DNA of 63,759 bases, counting the filler, from Octopus bimaculoides (lineage: Eukaryota): the NCBI RefSeq assembly GCF_001194135.2. It is 6 parts of 5 records of this genome, joined end to end, with 100 filler letters (N's around TTAATTAATTAA, not from the genome) between each part and the next. Parts side by side here need not be neighbours in the genome. Positions count along the whole stretch, not along the records: positions 25,633 to 36,280 come from NC_068990.1; positions 36,381 to 62,454 come from NC_069006.1; 4 more parts are not named here. One strand, given 5' to 3'. Shown here in pieces: positions 27,644 to 44,131 of this stretch. Made by a program: the position numbers and the translations under genes. Each line of letters starts with the position of its first letter. Positions within the stretch are counted from its first letter, which is position 1. A model generated the notes under the pieces. The model was given only the letters and a program-made list of their open reading frames with translations. It made no database searches and was not told the origin of the DNA.

Positions 27644-27923
27644 GTGTGTGCGTGTATGTGTATATATATAATAAATAATATATGTATATGTGTGTGTGTG
27701 TATATACAGCCGACAACTGATGAAGGGTCCTTTCTCTGTGTTTGCTTGTCCTGCTTTCCATTTTTTTCTCCCGTTGCTTACATATTTAACTCTTTTGTTT
27801 ATTACGTATTTCATATTGTTTACACAATTGGTGACGTCCTGTACTCATATATGCACACACACACACACATATTTATATATATTATTATTATTATTTGATT
27901 GAACGCTATGCATCCATTTCCAA

Positions 27924-27960
<37 letters not shown>

Positions 27961-28328
27961 GGGTAACTAGCTCATGGCAACATGACTGGACCACTTACAA
28001 TATAGATATTAAAGTGCAATGTCTGAATATCAACTTGTGTTATCAAAAACAACGAGTTTGATAAAATACATTTTGTTTCGCGTAGAGTCTCGTCAGGGAT
28101 CAAGTTAATAAGTAAGGCTTATATACAGATATCTAGTCAGAAAGATAGCCAGCAGAAAGATAGCCAGCAGAAAGATAGCCAGCAGAAAGATAGCTTGGCT
28201 ACACCGGTAGAAGTTAAGTAATGAATGGGGGGAGGTGTCAAGATTGTTGTGTGATATTAAGAGCTGAGGAGGAAGTGATGATGATGATGATGATGATGAT
28301 GATAATGACGACGACGCCGACGGCGGCA

Positions 28329-28446
28329 AAGAAGAAGAAGAAGAAGAAGAAGAAGAAGAAGAAGAAGAAGAAGAAGAAGAAGAAGAAGAAGAAGAAGAAG
28401 AAGAAGAAGAAGAAGAAGAAGAAGAAGAAGAAGAAGAAGAAGAAGA
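28329..28446 (+). repeat. Long pure (GAA)n microsatellite
   Basis: Roughly 39 uninterrupted AAG units after a (GAT)n tract. This is the source of the poly-K/poly-F ORFs. Confidence 0.98.
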
Positions 28447-29121
28447 TAATGATACTGATGATAATGAAGGAGATAATAAAAAAATACACTTGATGGCAGT
28501 GGTCCTGAAAATGATGATCGCTTGTGGCTCCGGTATTCCTGAAGTAAAAGATCAAAATGGAAATGGAAGCATCCCTTTCATCGTCACTGCTTCCATCTCC
28601 ATGTTCAACATCCACCGCCACCCGTTAATCACTGGTACCGGTACCACTAGCGCAGTATTCACTGCCACTAAAATCATCAACCTTTTTACTGTATCTTTCA
28701 TTATCACCAACAATACAATCATCTTCATCGATATGAACGTCATCATCACAACCATAGCTCCCTCCTTTCCTACCACATTACACACCCATCTTTTTGTCTT
28801 ATATATCATATAAAGAGCTCTCCTTTATTTACTACTTCTGTCTCTAACATGATTCCAGCCGAAACGAAATGTATTTTGCCAAATTTATTTTCGATAAAAT
28901 ACGCACAGAGACACACAAGCACAAAGACACACACGCATACAGAAACACACACACACACAAACACACATAGTCACATACATATATACATCCACCCACCCAC
29001 ACTCTTTCTCTCTCACATATACACGCACTCATACACAAACACACACACACATATATGTGCACGTGTTTGCGTACGTGTGTATTGCAAACAGAAGAATTAA
29101 AGAATGAATGGAAGATAGATT

Positions 29122-29168
<47 letters not shown>

Positions 29169-29273
29169 CCGTGTATGTATGTATGTATGTATGTATGTAT
29201 GTATGTATGTATGTATGTATGTATGTATGTATGTATGCGTGAGTGTGCGTGTGTGTGTGAGTACAGGCACAAG

Positions 29274-29328
<55 letters not shown>

Positions 29329-30024
29329 GATGTGGAAAAATCAGTTGCTAACCCAGAGGGTAGCACATTATAACTGATGTAATATAACTACACCCCACCC
29401 ACCTCTCACACCACCACAATCCTCCAATCTCATAAAGACGAGCAAAAAAGCGTATGCCGTTTGCTGTTTAGCTGTTTTACAAGTTCGTGCAAATAGCAGT
29501 TCTTTAGAAAATATATATTTATATCTAGACATAGAAGGAATTAGAGAGAAAGAAAATGCTCAATTAAAATGTCCTAAAAAAATCTAGCTTAGATGTTAAC
29601 TTAAGCCGCACTTTGCAAAACATTTAAATTTTCTGGTAATTAATTGAGCATTAAACTATTTTCGAGCTAAGAATACATCTGCATACTTAAATTGGATGTG
29701 ATTTTAGACAAGAAACAATAGGAATCAAAGCCACACCTCTTAGTAAACTTTTGAATAAATTGGAGTACTATGGATATAATTGGCCAATGTTCCAATGTGT
29801 TAAAAAGGCGCGTGGGTTTGTTTCCCAATTAGTATTTGTTTTAGTGTGTTTTGTCTTTGCTGTCAACACTCAGTTTAAATATACAAAATCATTATAATCA
29901 TTTCTTCTGCTGTTTTTCGTTTATCTTATTTTAATCATTTTCAATTTTGCATTTATCTTTCTCTCTGTGCTTTCTGTTTTCTTCTTTCTATTTTATTGGC
30001 ACAAAAAAAAAAGGAAAAATCCGT

Positions 30025-30238
30025 TTATTTGTCATTGAGTAGCCTTGTTCGTGTTCGTCTCGTTTTCTTCATCTTCGACTGGTGAAGTTTGTTGATGGCA
30101 TCAGAGATGAGACAAAGATCGGCTCGAACAAAATTGACAACTTGGCTAATGGTTGACAAACTTTCGAGAACCATAACCGACTGTGAATAAGGATCATAGC
30201 GCACAGTGAAGGGTCGTTTGATGTTCGAAGCAAATTCC
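30025..30238 (-). CDS. TPH: Tryptophan hydroxylase, terminal coding exon (tetramerisation helix)
   Basis: tttttccag acceptor, G completing Arg, then EFASNIKRPFTVRYDPYSQSVMVLESLSTISQVVNFVRADLCLISDAINKLHQSKMKKTRRTRTRLLNDK and TAA at 30025-30027. AATAAA on the minus strand lies about 30 nt downstream. A single terminal exon matches TPH rather than PAH structure. Confidence 0.95.
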
Positions 30239-30947
30239 CTGGAAAAATCAAAAACAGGAGAGATACAAAAGCATGAGAAATGTGGGCCTTTTTTAGTCTC
30301 ATACATCAGATAAGAATTTTTTGAAAACTTCTACACCGATATAGCTTTTCACGCTAATTACGATAATAATGATGATTTGGAGAAGAAATTAAAAATAGTG
30401 AAATTACGAATCTGTAAAGGTAGGTTATTTTTTAACATTTCAACCAATTAAATACGACCATCTTTTGCATACCGGATGCAGGAACTGCCGTATATTCCCA
30501 TAATAGCGACATATTGGACCAGTATGAGAGACATTGCAATAAAACAAATTTAAATCAGGATGGAGAAACAAGAAATTAAAAACCATCATGAGAACAGGTG
30601 TGTTTAACGAAAAAACTGACTGTCCGATTCTACAGAGAAGAGGTGCAAATAAGCCAACACCACTGAAGCTGATTATAACAACTACATGAGGGAACTGTGG
30701 GCAGGGGATCTACTTCACAACCCAATTGAACGTTCGTCAAGATAGATGAACGATGTACTCCAGGTGGAAATAAAATAGAGATAAATTGTTGTGAAGCCGA
30801 CAAGATCCCCAACACTCCGTAAGACTTATAACTTCTTTAATGACTGGCAACAAATGGACAGCCTTCCAGTAGAATAATAATGTAGCTGATAATAACGAAT
30901 GGTAACAAATATAACTGTATACAAATCAATTATATAGTATTGCATAC

Positions 30948-31081
30948 CTGATTTGATTTTGGGCCTCTTTGAAAGATTCACTGACAAAATAGGCATCCTG
31001 GTATGTGGAAACTTGACATTCTTGCTCAATGACTTTGTCAGGATCGAACGGCTTTTTAATGGCTGCGTCTGTGAGAACATG
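30948..31081 (-). CDS. TPH: Tryptophan hydroxylase, 134-nt penultimate exon
   Basis: ttttggcag acceptor and AG|gtatgc donor (phase 2). Reads HVLTDAAIKKPFDPDKVIEQECQVSTYQDAYFVSESFKEAQNQI(R), matching TPH KPFDP...QEC.ITTFQD.YFVSESF. Confidence 0.96.
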
Positions 31082-31227
31082 CTGCCAAAATAATAGATAG
31101 ATAGATAGATAGATAGATAGATGGGTAGGTAGGTAGGTAGGTAGGTAGGTAGGTAGGTAGGTAGGTAGGTAGATACATAGATACATACATACATACATTC
31201 ATTCATACATACATACATACATACCAT

Positions 31228-31262
<35 letters not shown>

Positions 31263-31428
31263 TACATACATACATACATACGTGAGCAAAAAATGCTTCT
31301 GCGAAGAACATTAAAGACAATAGAAAAACCTGGCTAAGTTATATGTGAGACAGAAAACGTGGAGATCTATGATCACCAACGCCTGTAGACATGGCACATA
31401 AAAGAAAAGCTGCAATACAAAATCTTAC

Positions 31429-31524
31429 CTTGAGTTCTCCAATCGAAGACAAGAGACCAGCGCCATACACTCTGAGCTGACCATTCTCTCGGCACAATCC
31501 GAATTCAATTGTGAAGAAATAACA
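31429..31524 (-). CDS. TPH: Tryptophan hydroxylase, 96-nt catalytic-domain exon
   Basis: ctccctag acceptor and AAG|gtaaga donor. Reads [37 protein letters not shown] (Phe where PAH/TH have Trp, YWFT) is TPH-diagnostic. The 96-nt length matches the homologous vertebrate exon. Confidence 0.96.
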
Positions 31525-31579
31525 CTAGGGAGAAATGTAACTCGGTCATAATTTAAAAACGAAATAAAGACAGAGACAG

Positions 31580-31653
<74 letters not shown>

Positions 31654-31674
31654 GCAGACAAACAGACAGACAGA

Positions 31675-31729
<55 letters not shown>

Positions 31730-32013
31730 GAAAGAGAGAGAAAGAGTGTGTGTGCGTCCGTGAGCACGCGAACATCTCAGAAATAAATAGCCATTCCTCA
31801 TCATACCGTTTTATCTGAGGGGGCATTACTTGGTCCGTCAAATTTGTTAATGTATTATGCACAAGGCATGTCTACTAAATGATAAATCCAGTATTTAAAT
31901 GCATCAAATGACATTATTTTGTTTCAAGAAATAAATCTATCAAACATGATGGTGTATATCTACTTTTGAGATGTCTCTATATATATGTGTTTGTGCGTGT
32001 GTGTATGCGTGTG

Positions 32014-32075
<62 letters not shown>

Positions 32076-32723
32076 TGTGTGTGTGTGTGTGTGTGTGCAT
32101 GTATGTATATATGTTTATGTGTAGACAAAAGATAAACAATTATGGGTATCAGTAGTTCATTTATATGACATGTTACACGTACATATTTAAGTTACAAGTT
32201 GATGATACTCCTTTACATCTGTTTCAAATACCAGGTGACTGGTTGCTATAATGCATAGTATGCAAACAAGCTTATATAATGGGGTAATAATTATACACGC
32301 CAAATATACAAAAAAGCAGAAGTATTACCGACTCGAACACGAGTGAAAGTAAAGGTGTAGTAGGAAAAAACATAATAATGATAAAGATAACAATCCTTTC
32401 TATTAAAGACGCAAGGCCTGAAATTTTTTTTGCGGGGAGTAGTCGATTACATCGACTCCAGTGTTTCACTGGCACTTGATTTATCGACCCCGAAAGGATG
32501 AAAGGCAAAGTCGACCTAGGCGGAATCTGAACTCAGAATGTAAAGATGTATGAAATGCCGCTAAGCATTTTTCCCAGCATGCTAACGATTCTGCCAGCGC
32601 GACGCGTTAATGATATTTCGGGTCAATAAACTGAGGACCAGTGAAGCACTGGAGTCAATGAAATCGACTAATCCCTTTTCCCCAAATTTCAGGCCTTGTG
32701 CCCATAGTTGAAAGGATTATTAG

Positions 32724-35872
<3,149 letters not shown>

Positions 35873-35914
35873 CATTATTATTATTATTATTGTTGTTTAT
35901 TATTATTATTATTG

Positions 35915-36054
35915 TTCAGTAGTTTTATTTTTATAACGTGCTTTCACTTCACTACCGAGCGCAGCTCTGTGTGCCTAGGGTATGTGCTGTGGTTTGCTGT
36001 GGTACTCTCATGTTTACTGTATTGAAAGTGTTTTGCGTAGAATGTGTGCAGTAC
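35915..36054 (-). mobile_element. 3' end of a second Dong-like copy upstream in the same (TAA)n tract
   Basis: ttcagtagttttatttttataacgtgctttc..gcgcagctctgtgtgcc..gtatgtgctgtgg matches 32836-32960. Confidence 0.85.
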
Positions 36055-36519
36055 NNNNNNNNNNGCAATTTTCTGTATGTTATATATATTTGTAAGTCCT
36101 GCTGTTTTTGTTATTTATTTGTCTGAATATTCTTTTTTATTATTATTATTATTATTATTGTTATTATTATTATTATTATTAATGTGGTGAGCTGGCAGAA
36201 TCAATAACATGTTGGGAAAAATGCCTAACAGCAATGTTTTTTTCAGTTCTTCATGTTCTGAAATCAAATTCCACCAAGGTNNNNNNNNNNNNNNNNNNNN
36301 NNNNNNNNNNNNNNNNNNNNNNNNTTAATTAATTAANNNNNNNNNNNNNNNNNNNNNNNNNNNNNNNNNNNNNNNNNNNNTAAAGTCGACCCTGGCGGAA
36401 TGACGAAATGATGCTAAGCACCTTGCCAGGCACTCAGAGAGCGCAAACCTCCGCCAAGGCAACACCAACATCCTCTCAACATTTAGCCAGAGATGATTTT
36501 TAAAATGAGAATATCTGAA

Positions 36520-36790
36520 ATAGACTCGACTGCTCTCACAAACAAGAAAACTAAAAATTAACTCGACCGCTCTCAAAAATTAAGTAAAAAAAAACAGGAA
36601 AAATAATCCAGAATCCTTGTCCGGTGCCAGATCGATCCCCAAATCTAATCATTTCGTGCCAGTCACGAGGCCAAACATCCTTGAAAGTTTCATCCGAATC
36701 CATCCAGCGGTTCTTGAGATAGCTTTCCACGGACAAACAAACAAACACGACTGAAAACAATAGCTCCGCCTTCGCTAAGGCAGAAGTAAT
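36520..36790 (+). mobile_element. Non-autonomous Helitron/Helentron-like (HINE/DINE-1-like) element
   Basis: Core aaagtttcatccgaatccatccagcggttcttgagat, an (ACAA)n microsatellite, and a 3' hairpin ctccgcctt-cgct-aaggcagaag followed by taat. Confidence 0.5.
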
Positions 36791-36839
36791 AATATGCATA
36801 AGGAACTATCCGCAAAGATTTGACAGTTTAGTACAGCTC

Positions 36840-37325
36840 CAGAAAACACTGTATGGCCAGTGTTTTCTTGGGACAAGGTGTAACCGCTAGGCAGTGGTAC
36901 ACTACCGAGGCGATGTATATATTCACTACTTTCACCCTACCTTTCAGAGATAGCTTCCTTTCTGCCCATTTCTGGATGAACTTGACCACCCTAACCATGA
37001 CCACTTCCTAGTTCCTATCTACCTGGAGATCTGGTCCGAACCAGATTCCGAGCACTTTCAACAGACCCTCCATCCAGCGACAGAAATCGCCGCTGGTCAT
37101 GAACATACCTCTCCAAGAACCTAGTTTCATATTCTACTGATGTGTCCATTTTTATGTGTGCTCCGGTACATATCTGATATTCTTTCAGTATAGTGTCGAT
37201 CATTTCTGTATCCTAAGAGTCCGACACCATGTCAGTGATGCCGTCCGCGCGTGCAGACACGGCTCTCCTGTGGTATAGACCCAGTGGGATACCCCTCAAA
37301 TTCTACAGCCTCTGCAGCAAAGGTT
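36840..37325 (-). mobile_element. Tx1/L1-like LINE RT fragment
   Basis: ..ADGITDMVSD..EMIDTILKEYQICTGAHI.., VESARNLVRTRSPG (frameshifted VLGIWFGPDLQV) and WAERKLSLKGRV. Confidence 0.75.
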
Positions 37326-37650
37326 CTAAATAATAGCAACAATGACGAGGACAATGATGATGATGATGATGATGATGATTATTAAATAAGAAAAGAAGTA
37401 AAATAACCCAACATATTTCTATTTCCTTCGTTTTTTAATCAAAGAATGTTTCATTCAATTTATCAATTTCTATTCCGATAATTTTGTTTAAATTTCATTA
37501 TTTTATATTATTTATTCAATTACTATTTCAACTTCTTAAAAATTTTAATTATACACACATATATATATATAAATGTCTGTATGTCTGTATGTGTAAACAT
37601 TCGCTAACAGATACAGTCAGAGACATACATATATATGTACATTATATACA

Positions 37651-38230
37651 TACAGCGTGACGTATGAAAAAGTAGCCTGTGTTACGGAGCATAGTGTAAA
37701 TACAGAAATAAATTTACACGCACGAAAAAGCACCCAGCCTTTCATTTCCAAGTGTCATTGTTATTTCGATCGAAAATGTAGGCTTTTAATTGCTGTGTAC
37801 ATGTGAAATGATATGGCTTCCACTCTAGGCCTTTCAACATCCGTTGGCATGACCGCCTGCTTATGGGAGATCTGTGGCAATTTACGTGTTGACTTCTTTG
37901 GACTTCGAATAATCGTTTGGCGAATGTCTTGAGTAACTTCCGGCATTCGTATTTTAAGCTTTCTTTGTTTTAGGGCGTTGTACACCGACCCTGTAGCGCG
38001 CCAATTTTAACAAACATGTGTATCGTTCTCTTCGCCGGTAAGCCGTTACCCGGAAACTTGGCTTCAAAAATTTCATTCGTTTACTTAGCAGAACCCATTT
38101 TCACATATGCTTCCATAATCTGCACTCTTTCCGCTATTGAGTACGACATCTTGCAGAAAAGGCTGGAGCTGTTCACTCAATGTAATTTTGCAATCAACTC
38201 TTGTGGTAAAGATGCGATGAGGATAACAGT
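37651..38230 (-). mobile_element. Tc1/mariner-superfamily element, transposase N-terminus, internally deleted
   Basis: MSYSIAERVQIMEAYVK..FEAKFPG..PAKRTI and IRQTIIRSPKKSTRKL; a TIR-like end TA-CAGCGTGACG at 37651. Confidence 0.7.
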
Positions 38231-38249
38231 CAACTAGTGTCACTATCTT

Positions 38250-39655
38250 TGTTCAGCTGCTTCGGTCTTATCGAAATTTTTCGACTGATCCAAATTAATC
38301 TGAGATCAACCAAGCGATGTCGGTTTCTCACTCTCTCTACGATGTATCTAATGGTGCAGAGGCTGCTTGGATAGATTAGTTTGAGATGGCGCAGATGTCC
38401 CTCTCCCGACTAAACCGCCGACAAGTGCCACGTCTTTGCCAACACTTTAGCCCAAATCTTAAGCTTTGCATTTAGAGCAGATGAGTCGCAATGCTCTTCC
38501 TAATTCTCTCCGCTAATTCGATCAGTAGTTCTATCTCAAATCCTTTTCTCTTTGTATTTAGTTCTTCACTAAAAACTAGCGATTTCGTTGTCACCGTTCT
38601 CTTCCGAGCGTCCTAACACCCGTTGTTGACGATCACCTCCGTCAAATGTCGCTTAACTAATTCATAAATTCTTAGTGCATCGGGAAAAAACGAGTTCAGC
38701 TTCCAGTAACTGGATCCCTGTCTTTGCGTTATACCTACGTGGACCAAGTAGTATACAAACTTTTGTTCTGTGAAGCCGACCAGCTGCAGTTATGGATACC
38801 TATCTGATCCAACAAAAACCGCAGCTGGATGATCCTGGTAGATACAATATAATACGACCATGTCAGAAGAGATTATTCCAAACAAGCAATGTCATGCCAA
38901 GTACTTCTTAAAAAAATTGTCTGTAACCCTCAACCTTGAAGTTCAGAAAAAAAACCCCATTCAGATTGTCCTCACGACGGCCAGAATTACTTCCAGACCA
39001 CCGTCACTCATTTCCTCAGCTAATTCTGTATAGAATGTGGTATTTAACTTTCACCGGCCACATGGTGTAGTTGGTAGAGAGAAGAGAGTACTTGGCAGTA
39101 TTCCAAATGCCAAAACCCAACCCCGCTCTGGTTTTGGTCCAGAATTACAGCTCCAATCAAAGAGACAAGCCCCGAAACAGCTTGTCGCACAAACAATGTC
39201 GCTCATCATCAGCCACGACATTCCAAAACTTTATTGTTAGCAGCAGAGAAACATCTTGGTTTGCGGAGCCTGCGATATCCACTAAAAGCAAAAACGTATA
39301 GGCTCCAATCTGACCCGGTGTTAAGTTGTAGTTCATCACCGAAACGATATAGGAGTTAGCTACTTCCACTCGACCTTTCACGGATAGCTTCTTCTCTCTT
39401 TATTTCTGAACGACCCACTTAACTTTCCTTGGTCTATAGACTGAATTTTACTGTTCCGCACGGACTTACCTCTCCAGACGCCGAGTTAGAACCCACTGAT
39501 TTGTCACAGTTAAGGCTTACGCCCGTTCTCGTACCCTTCCATAATGGTACCGACCACACCTCACTTGGATTTCCAATGTACCTCATACCATAACGGTCCA
39601 CTCGTTCAGACACAGCGCAGCTGAATCGTAGTTTAAACAGAATGTCACTCAAACC
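38250..39655 (-). mobile_element. Tx1/L1-like LINE fragments (rearranged)
   Basis: GYWKLNS at about 38700, the KLKIWAKVLAK RT motif at about 38450, and KLSVKGRVEVANSYIVSVMNY at about 39380. Domain order is not colinear, so there are at least two pieces. Confidence 0.7.
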
Positions 39656-39832
39656 TCCAATGCAAAGATGCTAGTGCTAGACTCAACTACTGGTACTCCG
39701 TCGATTACGACGATGAGAGCTCTAGTTGATCCGATCAATGCAACAGCCTGCTAGTGAAATTAACGTGCAAGTGGCTGAGAACTCTGAGTAACAGTTTTTT
39801 GTGATATTTTTGCTGCTTTTTAATAAAGTGTA

Positions 39833-39891
<59 letters not shown>

Positions 39892-40959
39892 GTTCTAATT
39901 TTACGTTCGGGAAGTAATATCATTTATTTAGCACATACATAAATACGTACACACATACATACATACATACGTACATATTTATATATGGCTTCTGAAAATA
40001 ATCAGGGAGTCTCTCTTGGTCAGTCAGTACTGAAAAGTCACAGCTCTGGTATTAGGGATGTGCGGTTAGAATGTCACAAGAAGGAATTGCAAGTTGGATT
40101 CTTCGAGCCAGGCCAACAGGCAGGAAACCAAGAACGAAGTAGTTGGATATCTATAGTCTCAGCAAGTCGCGTTTTGAAATACCATCGGAAAGTCTAATGA
40201 CGGTTGCTTCAGGTAAAACCCTATGGAAGAGTGCTTGAAGACTCTACATTCCCCCTCCGCACATACACCACACCAACACACTCAAGAATAATAGGCGGCG
40301 AAAATGGAATAGATAAATTGGTATTTAAAAATGTCAAGCAAGGATGTTAAGGGAGTTAACTCTGTCGTTAGTTATCTCCCGTAATATTTTTTGCTTGAAG
40401 ATTTATTTCCCTTTTAAATTTTCACGACAATAAATAAAAGTGCCAAACAGGGAGCGCTTAGGTCCTTTGATTTTCTAGAAATAGCTCACATATCCATCTC
40501 CAATAACATGCAAGCGTTTTAATATGCGATGTTCGAAAAAACGACAGCAAGAGCACATTGGCTAATGTAGTCCTAAATATACAATGCATGAGGAAAGTTT
40601 GTTCGAAGTTCCACAAACAACAAAGCTCAACAATACTATATATGAGACGCGTGGCCCAGTGGGTAAGGTGTTGGACTTTATTCTTTTAATCTTATCGTGC
40701 TTTCGGACGTTGGACTTGCAGCCATGCATGGGCACAGGATTGTGGTTTCGATTCCTGGACCAGGCAATGCATTTGTGTTCTTAAGCAAAACACTTCACTC
40801 CGCATTGCTCTACTTCGTTCAGCTGGACAAAAATGAGTAACCCTGCGACAGACCGGCGTCCTGTCCAGTGGGGTGAATATATACGTCACGGAAGCGGGAA
40901 ACTGGTCCTGTGGGTCTATATGACAGAGAAAGGGTCTTTATTAATTTGTATGCTGGCAT

Positions 40960-41300
40960 GGTTATGTGAAAAGAAGCCTGCTTCCCAACAGCATGGTTCC
41001 GGGTTCAGTCCCACTGGGTGACACTTTCGGCAAGCGTCTTCTACAATAGCTTCGGGCTGACCGAAGCCTTGTGGATGGATTTAGTAGACGGAAATTGAAA
41101 GAAGTCCGTCGTATACATATGTGTGTGTGTGTCCATCACCGCTTGCCAACTGGTGTTGGTATGTTTACGTCACCGTAAGTTAGCAGTTCGCAAAAGCGAC
41201 CGACAGAATAAGTACTAGGCTTAGAAAAATTAATCCTGGGACCGATTTATTCGACTAAAACCCAGCATGGCTGCAGTTAAATGACTGGAACAAGTAAAAG
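40960..41300 (+). mobile_element. MIR/CORE-like SINE family copy
   Basis: ggttccgggttcagtcccact head, agacggaaattgaaagaagtccgtcg core and cagcatggctgcagttaaatgactggaacaagtaaaagaataaa tail. Other copies at about 41920-42040, 42720-42930, 47560-47945, 52700-53130, 58140-58640 and 60520-60720. Confidence 0.75.
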
Positions 41301-41543
41301 AATAAATGCGCGCGCACACGCACACAAACGCATGCGCACAAACACACACACATAGAGATGTGAGTTCGAGTCTCATGGCTGGCCGGTAACGTATTTTTCT
41401 GCAATGTATGAATAATTCATCCTGATCACGCTATTCATTACGCGTTTGAGAATAAAACAAAAATTATTTCTGTATTTTTCAATATATGTATGTTTATGCA
41501 CACGTGTATATATATATATATATATACACACAAACACACACAC

Positions 41544-41624
<81 letters not shown>

Positions 41625-42199
41625 TTGGAAATGGATGCGTGGCGCTCGATCATATAATAATATAGATGATATATATATATATATATGTGGATATATACAT
41701 ATATGTACATACCTACATGTATATGTATATATATATACGCATGCATATATTGGTACAGGACGTCAGAAAAACGTGAACAAAATGAAAAACGAGAACGTAA
41801 AAAAAGACAAAAACATGGAGAACGAACTTACAAATAGAGAAATGAGACAGGCAACATAAAGAACACTCCCTTCATCATTTGTCCCCTATTTTATCTACTC
41901 CGCGTTTCGAATTATTTTACTTATTTCAGTCATCTGACTACGGCCATGCTGGAGCACCGCCTTTAGTCAAACAAATCGACCCCAGAGCTTATTCTTTGTA
42001 AGCCTAGTACTAATTCTGTGTCTCTTTGCCGAACCGCTAAGGGAATGTCAACTAAATACCAAAGTATGTAGTCCTACCTATCGATTACATTTCAATCAAT
42101 TGTTCGCTTTGCGTATTAAATAAAAGATTTTGAAAATTAAAGGTGTCCATTTACTTCTTGCATGTGTGTGTGTGTGTATGGACTTACACGCACAGGCAG

Positions 42200-42232
<33 letters not shown>

Positions 42233-43054
42233 AAGTAAGCAAATTCAGAATAAACAGCCACAACAGTAACTCTTAAATGTAAAAAAAATATAGAAAACAA
42301 TGTAAATACAACGCTAAGTATAACCACAATCATAAAAATAATAATCCTTTCTACTAAAGGCACAAGGCCTAAATTTAGGGGGAGGGGAGTAGTCGATTAC
42401 ATCGACCTCAGTGTTCAACTGGTACTTATTTCATTGACCCCGAAAGGATGAAAGGCAAAGTTGACCTCGACGGAATTTAAACTTATGAGTCAACAATAAT
42501 AATAACATACATGATAACATGAACAGAAATAATAATAATAACAATAGTAATAACATAATAGTTTGTTGATATTTGGTGTTGGAACAAACAAACGATAGTA
42601 GTTATGGACGATATAATTATCAGGCAAGACTCTTTTCCTTGCAATATAGAAACACACATACGTAAACACACACACGCACACGCACACACACACTCACATG
42701 TATGTATGTTTGAGTGTGTTTGTGTTTATACCCCTCCACCACCGCTTGGTAACCAGTGTTGGTTTGTTTCACGCCCCTGTAACTTAGCGGTTCGGCAATA
42801 AGGAACTCATAGAATAAGTACCAGGCTTTTAAAAAATAAGTACTGGGCGTGATGTGTCTAACTAAACCTTTCAAGGTTGTGCTCCAGCATGACCGCAATC
42901 CAATTGTTGAAAAAAAGTACAATAAAAGATAATTATTAGAATATTGCATATTCGAAGTGTACGTTCACTTACCTCCCTTGTCAAATTACTTCCCTTAGAT
43001 CTATGTATATTTAGCAGTGAATGCTTATTTCAGCAAATATTTAACAGGCAAATA

Positions 43055-43550
43055 AATATTTTCAAGTAAAACCGCGCAGCAGACCCAGTTAAATATTAAT
43101 ATATATTTTAGGATAGATATATATGAAGGGTGTTGACCAAAGATATTATATTTCTGCTTTAGTATAACCATAAGATAAATCAGTGTCCTATGTATATACC
43201 ATGGCTTATAGGTATATAAGCTGTGAGACTGCTGTTTAAAACTGGGTTCAGGTGTAAGCTCGTTTAAGGGATAACATCCAGGTACTTTGGTTGCCTCGTT
43301 CATCCTTGGGAAGGTCTGAGACAAAGGCTGTATTAATAACGTCCCAGCCGGACGTCCCTGTAAGAGGGGAGTGGTTCACCAGACACAACGGTTTCCTCAA
43401 GCTAACATGTTTAAACGTCAAATGACAACCACGTTTGTGGTTGGATGACCTCTGTGTTGACTTGTCGGTTGAAAGTGGTCCATGGCCAGCGCGTAGAGCA
43501 GCTTGATAAACGAGGTGGGTGCAGAGTTCGATTCTTCGTTCCAGCCCCAT
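43055..43550. repeat. Young dispersed repeat, copy 1 (near-identical to 49722-50220), possibly LTR-like
   Basis: About 500 nt with only scattered substitutions versus copy 2. Both copies run into assembly gaps at the same internal point. Confidence 0.85.
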
Positions 43551-44131
43551 NNNNNNNNNNNNNNNNNNNNNNNNNNNNNNNNNNNNNNNNNNNNNNNNNN
43601 NNNNNNNNNNNNNNNNNNNNNNNNNNNNNNNNNNNNNNNNNNNNNNNNNNNNNNNNNNNNNNNNNNNNNNNNNNNNNNNNNNNNNNNNNNNNNNNNNNNN
43701 NNNNNNNNNNNNNNNNNNNNNNNNNNNNNNNNNNNNNNNNNNNNNNNNNNNNNNNNNNNNNNNNNNNNNNNNNNNNNNNNNNNNNNNNNNNNNNNNNNNN
43801 NNNNNNNNNNNNNNNNNNNNNNNNNNNNNNNNNNNNNNNNNNNNNNNNNNNNNNNNNNNNNNNNNNNNNNNNNNNNNNNNNNNNNNNNNNNNNNNNNNNN
43901 NNNNNNNNNNNNNNNNNNNNNNNNNNNNNNNNNNNNNNNNNNNNNNNNNNNNCAGAAAGTAAGAGTGAGAGAAAGCTGTGGTGAAAGAGTACAGCAGGGT
44001 TCGCTACCATACCCTGCCGGAGCCTCGTTTTCGCTCAATAAACACTCACAACGCCTGGTCTGGGAATCGAAACTGCGATCCTATGACCACGAGTCCGCTG
44101 CCCTAACCACTGGGCCATTGCGCCTCCACTA

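Noticed and set aside
28221-28813. Poly-Lys/poly-Phe and Thr/Ile-rich ORFs
   Set aside because: They derive from (GAA)n, (GAT)n and a degenerate (CAT/CAC)n low-complexity tract.
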